In this document: piece after piece, positions 43,453 through 59,662 of the stretch
Layout of the letters: every line of letters starts with the position of its first letter
Position numbering within the stretch: the first letter of the stretch is position 1
NCBI GenBank assembly: GCA_964016885.1
Contig: CAXHJY010000850.1
Coordinates: forward strand, 14,052 to 78,051
Length of the DNA: 64,000 nt
Source of the DNA: Eledone cirrhosa
Taxonomy: Eukaryota
Direction: 5' to 3'
The notes under the pieces: model-generated
The model's database searches: none
Told to the model about the DNA's origin: nothing
The model's input: only the letters and a program-made list of their open reading frames with translations
Made by a program: the position numbers and the translations under genes

Positions 43453-44928
43453 CCCGGCGTGCAATGGGTGGCCCGCAGGGACCAGTCAGAGTGGGCCGCG
43501 ATGATCGTCTTTAATTTTAACCTTGTAGGCTTATATAACCGTAATACAATTTTCTGTTAGTTGACCTATACTAAAGGGCTTCACTGATAGGGTTGTGTGT
43601 TATAATTTCCCCAGTTCCACGTTATGGAAAGAAGTTGTGGTAACACTTTGGAATAGTGCTTAATAAATATTAAAGACCCTAATAGTTATTCTGATAGGGG
43701 TATGTGTGTTATAATTTCCCCAGTTCCACGTTATGGAAAGAAGTTGTGGTAACATCTTTGGAATAGTGCTTAATAAATATTAAAGGCCCTAATAGTTATT
43801 CTGATAGGGGTATGTGTGTTATAATTTCCCCAGTTCCACGTTATGGAAAGAAGTTGTGGTAACATCTTTGGAATAGTGCTTAATAAATATTAAAGACCCT
43901 AATAGTTATTCTGATAGGGGTATGTGTGTTATAATTTCCCCAGTTCCATGTTATGGAAAGAAGTTGTGGTAACATCTTTGGAATAGTACTTAATAAATAT
44001 TAAAGGCCCTAATAGTTATTCTGATAGGGGTATGTGTGTTATAATTTCCCCAGTTCCATGTTATGGAAAGAAGTTGTGGTAACATCTTTGGAATAGTGCT
44101 TAATAAATATTAAAGGCCTTAATAGTTATTCTGATAGGGGTATGTGTGTTATAATTTCCCCAGTTCCACGTTATGGAAAGAAGTTGTGGTAACATCTTTG
44201 GAATAGTGCTTAATAAATATTAAAGGCCTTAATAGTTATTCTGATAGGGGTATGTGTGTTATAATTTCCACGTTATGGAAAGAAGTTGTGGTAACATTTG
44301 GAATAGTGCTTAATAAATATTAAAGGCCTTAATAGTTATTCTGATAGGGGTATGTGTGTTATAATTTCCCCAGTTCCATGTTATGGAAAGAAGTTGTGGT
44401 AACATCTTTGGAATAGTGCTTAATAAATATTAAAGACCCTAATAGTTATTCTGATAGGGGTATGTGTGTTATAATTTCCCCAGTTCCATGTTATGGAAAG
44501 AAGTTGTGGTAACATCTTTGGAATAGTGCTTAATAAATATTAAAGGCCTTAATAGTTATTCTGATAGGGGTATGTGTGTTATAATTTCCCCAGTTCCACG
44601 TTATGGAAAGAAGTTGTGGTAACATCTTTGGAATAGTGCTTAATAAATATTAAAGGCCTTAATAGTTATTCTGATAGGGGTATGTGTGTTATAATTTCCA
44701 CGTTATGGAAAGAAGTTGTGGTAACATTTGGAATAGTGCTTAATAAATATTAAAGGCCATAATAGTTATTCTGATAGAGGTATGTGTGTTATAATTTCCC
44801 CAGTTCCACGTTATGGAAAGAAGTTGTGGTAACATCTTTGGAATAGTGCTTAATAAATATTAATGGCCCTAATAGTTGTTCCAATGTTCAAAAGTGGCCC
44901 TCCAGTTAGAATATGTTGTACACTCCTA
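43453..44928 (+). mobile_element. hAT-type MITE inflated by an internal 110-bp tandem array
   Basis: Ends (GGCGTGCAA..GGCCCGC / TGGCCC..GAATATGTTG.ACAC.CCT) and body are homologous to 55195-55623. Confidence 0.75.
43585..44880. repeat. 110-bp minisatellite, ~12 units
   Basis: CTGATAG(G/A)GG at 43691, 43801, 43911, 44021, 44131, 44241, 44341, 44451, 44561, 44671, 44771. Confidence 0.95.
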
Positions 44929-45630
44929 CCGTAAAACATTCTATCCGACATTTTAACGACTCTGCCAATTCGCCGCCTGTAAAATATAGTTGGTATGGCG
45001 TAGACCTGTAACTTCTGGGGGGAGTCGTGGCAGCGCCGTATTGACATACGGTGTTTCTAGGGCATTTTAAAACCTGGCGGAGTGCATCCCCTCTCCGGGT
45101 TTGAATACAGCAGATTTCTTCTAGAGAAGAATAGTGAGTGAGAGAACGGAAGTGAGAAAGAGATACAGAAGAAAAATCGTCCTCAGTATTAGAGTGGTAC
45201 CTTTTTTTTTATCGACCTCGAGTAGATGGAAAACAAAGTTGACTTCGGCGTGACTTGGAATTTGAAGGTGCAGAGAAGCGGCAAAAATACCGAAAAAGTA
45301 TTCTTTCCGACATTCTACTAACGCTGCCAGTTCGTTGCTTGTACAATATAGTTGGTGTGGTATGGAATCGTAACTCTCGAGGGAGGTTTAGGGGCAGCAT
45401 ATCGACATACTGCGTTTTTTAGGGCATTTTTTAACCTGGCGGAGCACACCTCTTCTCCAGAAGGATAGATAATTAGAGAAAGGAAGTGAGAAAGAGATAT
45501 AGAGGGCCAATCGAGCCCATTATTACTAGACTGGTACATTTTTTTTATCGACCTTGAGTAGATGAAAAGTAAATTGACCACGACGGGACTTGGAATCAGA
45601 GGGTGCAGAACAAATACCACAAAGCATTCT
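44928..45630. repeat. Old tandem duplication (~355 bp x2) containing decayed SINE A
   Basis: AATATAGTTGGT, AGGGCATTTT..AACCTGGCGGAG, GGAAGTGAGAAAGAGATA and TTTTATCGACCT each occur twice in the same order. Confidence 0.75.
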
Positions 45631-45769
45631 TTTTTTGTTTTACTTTGACTATTGCTCAATCTTTATTGGTAATTAATTTGTGGTGTCAACTCTATCCTGG
45701 TCACAAAAGTAGATAAAGTTGTAATCTGAAAATGAATAAAACATACATAGCAAGTACATAAAACCTACT

Positions 45770-47164
45770 GTCTGATAAATGTGTCCGAACACGGAGGGGC
45801 CGAACTTCCACTGTCATCGCCTCCATCCTATCGCGCTCCTCATCTCTCTGTATTATGAGCAAATGGTGTCCCACGTGCTGGCTGCCCCGGCGGACAGAAT
45901 AGAGAAGGCGTTTCCCCGGAGGACGTTAAGGGAGATGGCCTGGAAGAGCCATTCCATCTCGTGAGACTCACACCTGCGGCTAGCCAGCTCAGCGCCTATG
46001 GTCGTGAGTAGGGAGGTAGCCCTAGGGCCAAGGACACCAGCAGTCTCTACTGCTACGGCTAGCCAGCTCTGCGCCTATGCTGGTAAGGAGGTAGGTAGCC
46101 CTAGGGCCAACGACACCAGAAGTCTCCACTGCTACGGCTAGCCAGCTCAGCGTCTATGGTGGTAAGTAGGGAGTTAGCTCTAGGGCGAACGATACCAGAA
46201 GTTTCCACTGTTACGGCCTACCAGCTCAGCGTCTATGGTGGTAAGTAGGGAGTTAGCTCTAGGGCGAACGATACCAGAAGTTTCCACTGTTACGGCCTGC
46301 CAGCTCAGCGTCTATGGTGGTAAGTAGGGAGTTAGCTCTAGGGCGAACGATACCAGAAGTTTCCACTGTTACGGCCTGTCAGCTCAGCGTCTATGGTGGT
46401 AAGTAGGGAGTTAGCTCTAGGGCGAACGATACCAGAAGTTTCCACTGTTACGGCCTGTCAGCTCAGCGTCTATGGTGGTAAGTAGGGAGTTAGCTCTAGG
46501 GCGAACGATACCAGAAGTTTCCACTGTTACGGCTAGCCAGCTCAGCGTCTATGGTGGTAAGTAGGGAGTTAGCTCTAGGGCTAACGATACCAGAAGTTTC
46601 CACTGCTACGGCTAGCCAGCTCAGCGTCTATGGTGGTAAGTAGGGAGTTAGCTCTAGGGCTAACGATACCAGAAGTTTCCACTGCTACGGCTAGCCAGCT
46701 CAGCGTCTATGGTGGTAAGTAGGGAGTTAGCTCTAAGGCCAACGATACCAGAAGTTTCCACTGCTACGGCTAGCCAGCTCAGCGTCTATGGTGGTAAGTA
46801 GGGAGTTAGCTCTAGGGCGAACGATACTAGAAGTTTCCACTGTTACGGCCTGCCAGCTCAGCGTCTACGGTGGTAAGTAGGGAGTTAGCTCTAGGGCCAA
46901 CGATACTAGAAGTTTCCACTGCTACGGCCTGTCAGCTCAGCGTCTACGGTGGTAAGTAGGGAGTTAGCTCTAGGGCCAACGAGACCAGAAGTCTCCACTG
47001 TTACGGCCTGCCAGCTCAGCGTCTATGGTGGTAAGTAGGGAGTTAGCTCTAGGGCCAACGAGACCAGAAGTCTCCACTGTTAGGGGCACGACTGCAAACC
47101 TGTCGGAGATCGGCCGATACTTGGAGAATTTGTCCTCCTCAGCCCGAAGTGCAGCAGAACCTGG
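45770..47164 (+). pseudogene. Possible decayed exon of a membrane-protein cytoplasmic tail (PPSY), expanded by the 79-bp array
   Basis: NVSEHGGAELPLSSPPSYRAPHLSVL*ANGVPRAGCPGG...; paralogous to 54505-54745 (minus); G|GTAAGT donor at 47165. Confidence 0.3.
45976..47081. repeat. 79-bp minisatellite, ~14 units
   Basis: CCAGCTCAGCGTCTATGGTGGTAAGTAGGGAGTTAGCTCTAGGG...; starts at 46142 and 46221. Confidence 0.95.
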
Positions 47165-47391
47165 GTAAGTCGCAGTTCCATCTGACGTTCTAAGGACTCA
47201 GCCAATTCACCAACCCTGCAATATGGTTACTTCTTTTTAAAATGTCTAAGGTAATTGGTCTCATATTCATTGCTATTCAGGGAGAGTATACCAGAATTTT
47301 TTCTAAACTTCACTTGGTTAGGAACATATACTTCTGAAATCAATATTGGTCATTTCTTTCTCTCTTTCGTTTTTTCTTTCATCTTTATTCT

Positions 47392-47465
<74 letters not shown>

Positions 47466-47703
47466 CTGTCAGTCTGTGAGTCTTCCTCTATCTATCTTCC
47501 TCTATCTGTCACCTCTTTCTCCCTATCCATGTATCTCTCTATCGCCCTCTCTCTATCCCCCTTCTATATATATATCTCTCTCTCTATATATATAGATATA
47601 CATATATATATGTATATGTATATATATATATCTCTCTATATATAGATATACATATATATATGTATATGTATATATATATATCTCTCTATATATAGATATA
47701 CAT

Positions 47704-47746
<43 letters not shown>

Positions 47747-47957
47747 CGTTGCGTATATATATATATGTATGTATGTGTGTGTATATATATATATATGTAT
47801 GTGTGTGTATATATATATATATGTGTGTGTGTGTGTATATATATATATGTGTGTGTATATATATATATATGTGCGTGCGTTTATATATATATGTGTGTAT
47901 ATATATGTGTGTGTATATATATATATGTGTGCGTGCGTTTATATATATATGTGTGTA

Positions 47958-48007
<50 letters not shown>

Positions 48008-48211
48008 TGTGTGTGTGTATATATATATGTGTGTGTATATATATATATGTGCGTGTGTGTGTATATATATATATGTGTATGTGTATATATATATATATAT
48101 ATGCGTGTGTGTGTGTTTGTGTATATATATATGTGTGTGTGTGTGTATATATATATATGTGTGTGTATATATATATATGTGCGTGCGTTTATATATATAT
48201 GTGTGTGTATA

Positions 48212-48244
<33 letters not shown>

Positions 48245-48296
48245 GTGTGTATATGTGTGTGTGTATATATATATATATATATGTGTGTATATGTGC

Positions 48297-48338
<42 letters not shown>

Positions 48339-48351
48339 ATATGTGTGTGTG

Positions 48352-48384
<33 letters not shown>

Positions 48385-48544
48385 CCTATGTCTTATTGTT
48401 AACCAAGTCAAAATCATTAACAGTCGTATGTTAAATCTTGGCATCTGTATAAATACAAAATGTAATATATATATATATAAATATATATATATATACATAT
48501 ATATACATACATATATATATATACATACATATATATATATACAT

Positions 48545-48606
<62 letters not shown>

Positions 48607-48752
48607 AAATATATATAATATATATACATATATAAATATATATATATGTATATAAATATGTATATATATATATATATGTATATTTATATATATATATATA
48701 TAGCCGATTGTTACAATTTAAATAAGACATATATCGGTTCTCAGATTCTAAC

Positions 48753-49548
48753 CTGATATTGATGATGATGATGGTGATGGTGTTGGTGGTGGGGACGGTG
48801 GTCGTGGTGGCGACGGTGGTGGTGGTGGTGATGGTGGTAGTGATGGTGACGCACGGTGGTGGCGGCGGCGGCGGTGGTGATGGTTGTTTTCATGTTGGTC
48901 ATGTTGTATGTGTTGGTGATGGTGGTGATGATTTTTGTGTTGATGTTTGTAGGTGGTGGTGGAGTAGATGTTTTAGGTGGTGGTGGTTGTGTTGGAGTTA
49001 GTGAAGCTGCTGGTGTAGTCATTGATGGTGTTGTTGTTGGTGTTGTAGGTGATAGTGTTGTTGTTGTTGGTAGTGTTGGTGCTGTAGATTGTAATGTTCT
49101 CGTTGTTGTTGTTGGTAGTGTTGGTGTTGTAGATTGTAATGTTGTTGTTGTTGTTGTTGGTAGTGTTGTTGTTTTTGTTGTAGGTGGTAGTGTTGGTGTT
49201 GTTGTTGTAGGTGGTAGTGTTGGTGTTGTAGATTGTAATGTTCTTGTTGTTGTTGGTGGTAGTGTTGGTGTTGTTGTTGTAGGTGGTAGTGTTGGTGTTG
49301 TTGTTGTAGGTGGTAGTGTTGGTGTTGTAGATTGTAATGTTCTTGTTGTTGTTGGTGGTAGTTTTGTTGTTGTTGTTGTTGCTATTGTTTTTATCGGAAA
49401 ATGTCGTTCATGGCTTTTTTTACATCTCAATCTAATGAGAAATGTACGTGGAGTTCGTAGCTTTTACATCGTTATTCCAAATAATTTGATGAGTATTACG
49501 ATGGAATAATTCCGATTTACAGCTCACCTCGTTCAGTATTATTGCAAT
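48753..49548 (-). pseudogene. Candidate exon: Cys-containing extracellular segment followed by a Thr/Pro mucin-like stalk (frameshifted)
   Basis: Polypyrimidine-AG acceptor at 49550-49549. IAIILNEVSCKSELFHRNTHQIIWNNDVK / LRTPRTFLIRLRCKKSHERHFPIKTIA(TTTRTLQSTTPTLPP)n, with a 1-nt shift in the A4 run at 49462-49465. CAG|GTTAGA donor at 48753. Confidence 0.45.
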
Positions 49549-49676
49549 CTAAAAATACAGATAGAAATAAATGTCGGGATTTAAATCGTGAACAATTAAC
49601 AGCTTCTTTCCCATACTGTAACACTCTGTCTACCTATTTACTTCTCTATCAATCTATCTGTCTATCTATCTATCTA

Positions 49677-50122
49677 TGGTGGACGCGTCTGAAAGGACTG
49701 AGGTCAGACACCTTTCTCTCTGGCCAACGACTGGTCCGTTTCTTCTGATATCATTTCGGAAGAAAGATCAGGATGGAGAGAGAGGTGCTGCACCCCAGCA
49801 AGTTTTATGAAAGGTGGGTGAAATGGCGAGAATGGCCCGAGTGAATGGGCCTTCTCTCTATATCAGCCTGTAGGTTGAGGAAAAGGAGGAGGAGAGGAAA
49901 GGAGTACAAACTCTACGTACTCCTGGAGATGAGGGTTGCACATTTTTGGGGGGGGGTATGTGTTACCCATATGAACTGTCTCCCCCTATTGGGGAAAATC
50001 GACTAATTTTTTAAATTGCATTTGTGATAGTATTTTACACGTTTTTATTGTATGTAAATTTCCGCTCTGTATTTGTCCCTTCTTTTGTGCCCCTGTGGCT
50101 AATAAAGAAACATATCTATCTA
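49677..50122 (+). mobile_element. 5'-truncated L1/Tx1-like LINE 3' end
   Basis: WWTRLKGLRSDTFLSGQRLVRFF*YHFGRKIRMEREVL...; same family as 9128-9515; (ATCT)n flanks. Confidence 0.72.
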
Positions 50123-50124
50123 TC

Positions 50125-54032
<3,908 letters not shown>

Positions 54033-54504
54033 AACGTTGGGAGAGCGAGATAAGGATAGTTTACCATTATATGTGACGTGGTATTTCACTAAGTCGTCTG
54101 CTTCTCTACATTAACCATGTTAGAGTCGACTTTACTGTTTGTTTTTTTATACTGCAGGCTTCACTAGGTATATGTTTCTTCCAAACCAGTATCATATAAA
54201 CTGACATTTTCACGAGATGTTAACACATATTTCCATCAGACGATATATATATATTCCTCTTATATAAAGCGTTCAATAGCCTCGCTGTTATTACTCAATA
54301 GATGTAATATCTAGGTTGTGAATTGGTAGAATTGTTAGAACGTTTCAAAGAATGATTGGCGGTATTCATTCCGGGTCTCTGCACTTTGAGTTCAACTTCG
54401 CCTTTCATCCTTTCGTGGTCGATAAGATAAATCACCATTTAATTACTGGGGTCGATTCTTCTTCTTATATTTCTTTCAGACACACACACACAGACAGACA
54501 GCAT

Positions 54505-54935
54505 GAGGGATCCCATTTGCTCATAATATTGAGAGATGGGGAAGGCGATAGAGATGGAGGCGATTGTTACAATTTAAATAAGACATATATCGGCTCTCAG
54601 ATTCTAACCTGATATTGATGATGATGGTGTTGGTGTTGGTGACGGTGGTGGTGGTGGTGGTGGTGGTGGTGGTGGTGGTGGTGGCGATAGAGATGGAGGC
54701 GATGACAGTGGCATTTCGGCTCTTCCCTGTGTTCGGATACATTTATTAGTTCTATGTTGCTGTTTACTATTCGCCTTATAGAATGCATACACAGCAACAG
54801 TAACAAGAACAACAATAATAACAATAGCTGGAGAGAGGATGGCTCCGACAGGTTTCAAGTTGCTCAAGACACCACTTATGTCCCTACAGCGACCATATGA
54901 CGCCATCAGACGCGGAGAGTCCCCACATACAATAG
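54505..54935 (-). pseudogene. Candidate transmembrane-helix exon remnant
   Basis: ...RCRDISGVLSNLKPVGAILSPAIVIIVVLVTVAVYAFYKANSKQQ... then AEMPLSSPPS; interrupted by an insertion at 54565-54682. Confidence 0.4.
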
Positions 54936-54981
54936 TAGGGTGGCGAATTGGCAGAGTCATTAGATCTAATCTATTCTAAAG

Positions 54982-55124
54982 TCTGTCTTAAGCTAGAAGT
55001 CTCGTTAGGCCGCTGCTTATCCCGGTTTCATGGCGTGAAGCGATTTGGAGAACTAGACTCACCCCTGGACAGGACGCCAGTCCATCGCAGAGTTAGCCCA
55101 CTCCAAGCTATTGCTGGTACTGAT
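54982..55124 (-). mobile_element. SINE family B, 3' half
   Basis: CATGGCGTGAAGCGA..GACTC.CCCCTGGACAGGACGCCAGTCCATCGCAG, as in 16870-16930. Confidence 0.8.
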
Positions 55125-55194
55125 TAATAACATACAGTCTCTGTGTGTTCTTCTATACAATTAATTGTATACAGTAATGTGTGTTCTACCATAC

Positions 55195-55623
55195 CAGGGG
55201 CGTGCAACAGGCCGCCCGCGGGCCACAATCCGGCCCGAAATACCTGTCAGAGTGGCCCGCATTGACCGTTTTTAGTTTTTACCTTGTAGGCTTCTTTAGA
55301 ATTTATTTCATAACTGTAATACAATTTTCTGTTAGTTGACCTACACTAAAGGGCTTCACTGATAGGGTCATGTGTGTTATAATTTCCCAGTTGTCCTATA
55401 CTAAAGGGCTTCACTGATAGGGTTATGTGTGTTATAATTTCCCAGTTGTCCTATACTAAAGGGCTTCACTGATAGGGTCATGTGTGTTGTAATTTCCCAG
55501 TTCCATGTTATGGAAAGACGTTGTGGTGAATCTTTGGATTAATGCTTAATAAATATTAATGGCCCTAATAGTTGTTCCAATGTTCAAATGTGGCCCGCCA
55601 CTGGAATATGTTGCACACCCCTG
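55195..55623 (+). mobile_element. hAT-type MITE with internal 55-bp x3 repeat
   Basis: TIRs CAGGGGCGTGCAAC / GTTGCACACCCCTG, subterminal GGCCCG motifs, degenerate 8-bp TSD TACCATAC/CACTATAC; units at 55340, 55395 and 55450. Confidence 0.82.
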
Positions 55624-56150
55624 CACTATACCATTAATAACATACAGTACTGTGTTCTACTATACCATTAGTAACATAGTGCTGTGTTATACTATACCAT
55701 TGATGGTATATAGTGTTACAGTATTGTGTTCTACTATGCCATTAGTAACATACAGTACTGTGTTATACTATACCATTAGTAACATACAGTGCTGTGTTAT
55801 ACTATACCATTAGTAACATACAGTACTGTGTTATACTATACCATTAATGGTATATAGTGTTACATTGCTGTGTTCTACTATGCCATTAGTAACATACAGT
55901 AATGTGTTATACTATACCATTAGTAACATACAGTGCTGTGTTATACTATACCATTAGTAACATACAGTGCTGTGTTATACTATACCATTAGTAACATACA
56001 GTACTGTGTTATACTATACCATTAGTAACATACAGTACTGTGTTATACTATACCATTAGTAACATACAGTACTGTGTTATACTATACCATTAATGACATA
56101 CAGTACTGAGTTATACTATACCATTAATGACATACATGTGTTATACTGTT
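55624..56150. repeat. 34-bp minisatellite (~14 units)
   Basis: ATACTATACCATTAGTAACATACAGTACTGTGTT; starts at 56011 and 56045. Decayed units lie left of the MITE (55125-55194). Confidence 0.92.
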
Positions 56151-56991
56151 GTGTGTACTACAATTTGACAGACAAAAGAGACACTTCTCATCGTTTCTAT
56201 TCATAAGGAATAAATTATTAATGATTTCACCCCAATGAGATGAGATCGTTGGAGTTGTTTAAACATCTAAACATCTGGATAAGTTTTTTCTTTTTTGTTT
56301 TGCTGTCGGTTTTCGTTGATTTGTTGTTGTTTTTGTTGTTGCTTTTTAAACAAAGAATAGGTTATAGAAAATAACGCTCTCCAATGTTAGAGTACAGCTT
56401 GACATTAACATCCTCCATTGCAAATACCAAAGATGAACCGACCTATCAATAGATAAACTACATATATTAATACTCAGAGAAATACAAACGCGCGCGCGCA
56501 CACACACACGCATACACAAACGCACACACAAGCACACGCACCCGTATATATACTTATCTATGATCATATATATATTAGCACATACACACACATATATAAA
56601 CATAGGTGTATATTTATATATTTATGTATGTGTTTAGGTAGATATGTGTACATTTGTGCGTGTGTGTATATATATGTATATATATATATATATATATGTA
56701 TGTGTTTATGGAAATATGTGTACTTACGTATACAACTCATGTATGTATGTCATCTTGCATGTGATCGAGTTAGGAGTAGAATAATATAAAGACACCACGT
56801 ATTAGAATTTGATGTATGAGATTGTCTGTGTATATGTGTGTGCATGTATGTTTATATATATATATATGTATATACATTTATATATTCATGTATGTATATA
56901 CATTTATATATATGCATATACATATGTATATATATATATATTTATATATATATTATATAAATATATATACATATATATATATATATATTTA

Positions 56992-57050
<59 letters not shown>

Positions 57051-57249
57051 AGGTATCTATTTTTAAAGTTCTAGTTAAACTCTAATTGGTTACCTACCTA
57101 GCTATGTGTGCTTACACAGTTTTACAAATGATTTCCTGTGATTGTTTCATATGTTTATTTTAGATATATATATCAAACAATTTCTAGTTGATATATATGT
57201 TTATATATATTTTATATAAATATATATACATATATATAAATACAAATGT

Positions 57250-57430
57250 AAATTCAGCAAGAATCGCAGGTAGAAAAAGCGTAACGCAAATTCCGAGTCA
57301 TGCTGGCAAGCGTTCAATGGACTAAAAAAGACCAGAGCAATAAACATAGGTTATAAAGGCCATACAAACTGAGAAGGCGGTCAAGAAGCAATAAACCAAC
57401 TAAGCCAAAAAAACAAGTCAAATAAGTACT
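57250..57430 (+). repeat. Diverged dispersed repeat (inverse copy at 40705-40865)
   Basis: Shared TTCCGAG..TGGCAAGCG.TCAAT..ACCAGAGC..AACATAGGTT..AAGGCCA..ACTGAGA. Confidence 0.55.
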
Positions 57431-57494
57431 TATTTTGCCGCTCCCTTTTGTGTCGAACCGCCTCGTTGCGGGTCATGGTTCACCCCAACATGTT

Positions 57495-57553
<59 letters not shown>

Positions 57554-58663
57554 ATGCATGTATGTATATATATATATATATATGTATACGTACATATATA
57601 AGTATGTATGTATGTATGTGTGTACGTACGTATGTGTGCGTGAATATGTGTTTGTGTGTATTTATTTAGAACAATAGAATTACAAACACACATGCATCTA
57701 TACATACATATATATAAACAGACACACTTAGAAAAAATAATTATTACATACACACACATCTATGTGATGACCGAGGAAGAAAGGGAGAGTGAGAAACTAT
57801 AGGAGTCCAGCGTTCTAAGATTCGTCACACTTGTGTGTGTATATGTGTAGCGAATTGTCTACACACAATAGCTGTGTGTTTGTGTGTTTGTATCACTAGT
57901 GTGTGTGAGTGCGAAGGATCTAACCAAACATCTCTTTTTTTTATTTTATGTATAGATATTGTAATTAGTCGCCATTTTTGACGGCACGGGGCCAACTAGT
58001 AAATAATAATTTCGACATTAGTTTATAAATCATTCCAGAAATAATCTTTTACCGTATTGTAAGCAGGCGACGTCATGCGGTGTGAAAAGACAGACGACAT
58101 CATTCAATTGGCGTTTATAGATGGCTGTGTCTGTATTATGCCTCGTTCTGAAATACAATGACGTCCAATTTAACATTTGTTACACAACATAGTCGCCATT
58201 TTATCATAAGTAAAACAATTCGCCTTGGAGACATTTAACTATTCTACAACGCGGACTATTCACATTTTATTGTTTGTGTATGTTTTCTTTTTATGCTTCT
58301 TTGTGTCTTTGTTTTTCATACATTTCATTTTTCACACTTTCGACTGAAATATATATTTCCACGTTTGTTCCTCGAGCTGATGAACAATAGTAAAACAAAC
58401 GTTAATTGTCAATTGAAAGACGTCTGAATGATAATAGAGAAATGGAATTAAATATTATAAAGTAAATTGTTTATAGTCTTTGCCTCGTTAAATATAAATA
58501 CGAATTTTGTTTCAATAGAATTATATATGGAATATAGACATATAAGATAATGTACTTGTGCGTGTGTGCATATAAATGTGTGTGTATGTATGTATATACG
58601 TGTGTGTGTGTATATATGTGTATGTCTATGTATGTATGCACATATATATATATGTATGTGTAC

Positions 58664-58713
<50 letters not shown>

Positions 58714-58720
58714 GTATATA

Positions 58721-58769
<49 letters not shown>

Positions 58770-58770
58770 G

Positions 58771-58803
<33 letters not shown>

Positions 58804-58836
58804 GTATATATATATATATATATATATGTGTGTATA

Positions 58837-58881
<45 letters not shown>

Positions 58882-59084
58882 TGAAGTTTCCGTTGAAAAT
58901 TGAAAAAATCATAGGAGTGAAGAGTGCTCTATGTAAGTACCAGAGCTAAGTTTAATGTATAATAAACAATACAATATAATTTCCTCATTACCAGAGATTT
59001 CCCGAATAAGACGAATACGAAAAACGTCCTCATTCGTTCATCGGACAAGGCAATTTAAAACATAGTGAACTATTTGAAAAATCT

Positions 59085-59118
<34 letters not shown>

Positions 59119-59227
59119 GGATTAACAAATAATAGTTAAATGCAGTCCACTTAGGTGAAGTCCAGTTATGGTATTCCAGGTAGTGGATGATATTAACGCT
59201 TGGCTTGGTTTGACTTTTTCTTCATTC

Positions 59228-59346
59228 TCGCATGCTCCGAAGATCTGACTGGTTATAATTCTGTATTGGCGATCGAGTGACGCAAAATTAGGCGGATAGC
59301 GATCTCTAGACAGACCAGTTCAGTGAAACAAATGTAAGCTATGTGA
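59228..59346 (+). ncRNA. Hammerhead-like motif with ~80-nt rod-shaped stem II and a U4C core variant
   Basis: UCGCAU-GCU-CCGAAGA-U-CUGA-CUGGUU...GACCAG-U-UCAG-U-GAAAC-AAAU-GUA|AGC-U-AUGUGA. Confidence 0.55.
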
Positions 59347-59391
59347 TTAAAAACTTTTTTGTATAGCAAACCATGTAAACCTTCTTTCCTA

Positions 59392-59529
<138 letters not shown>

Positions 59530-59662
59530 AATATATATATATATATGTGTATATATTTATGTATATATATATATATGTATATATTTATGTATATATAGAT
59601 ATATGTATATATATATGTATATATAGATATATGTATATATATATGTATATATATATATATAT

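Noticed and set aside
43585-47081. 110-bp and 79-bp arrays as CRISPR arrays
   Set aside because: Whole units repeat with no unique spacers, there are no cas genes, and the context is eukaryotic.
55624-56150. 34-bp (and the 37-bp at 35725-36215) repeats as CRISPR repeats
   Set aside because: Directly abutting minisatellite units without spacers.
58370-58432. CTGATGA...GAAAGACGTC as an active hammerhead
   Set aside because: Stem I does not form and stem II is misregistered; at best a decayed motif.
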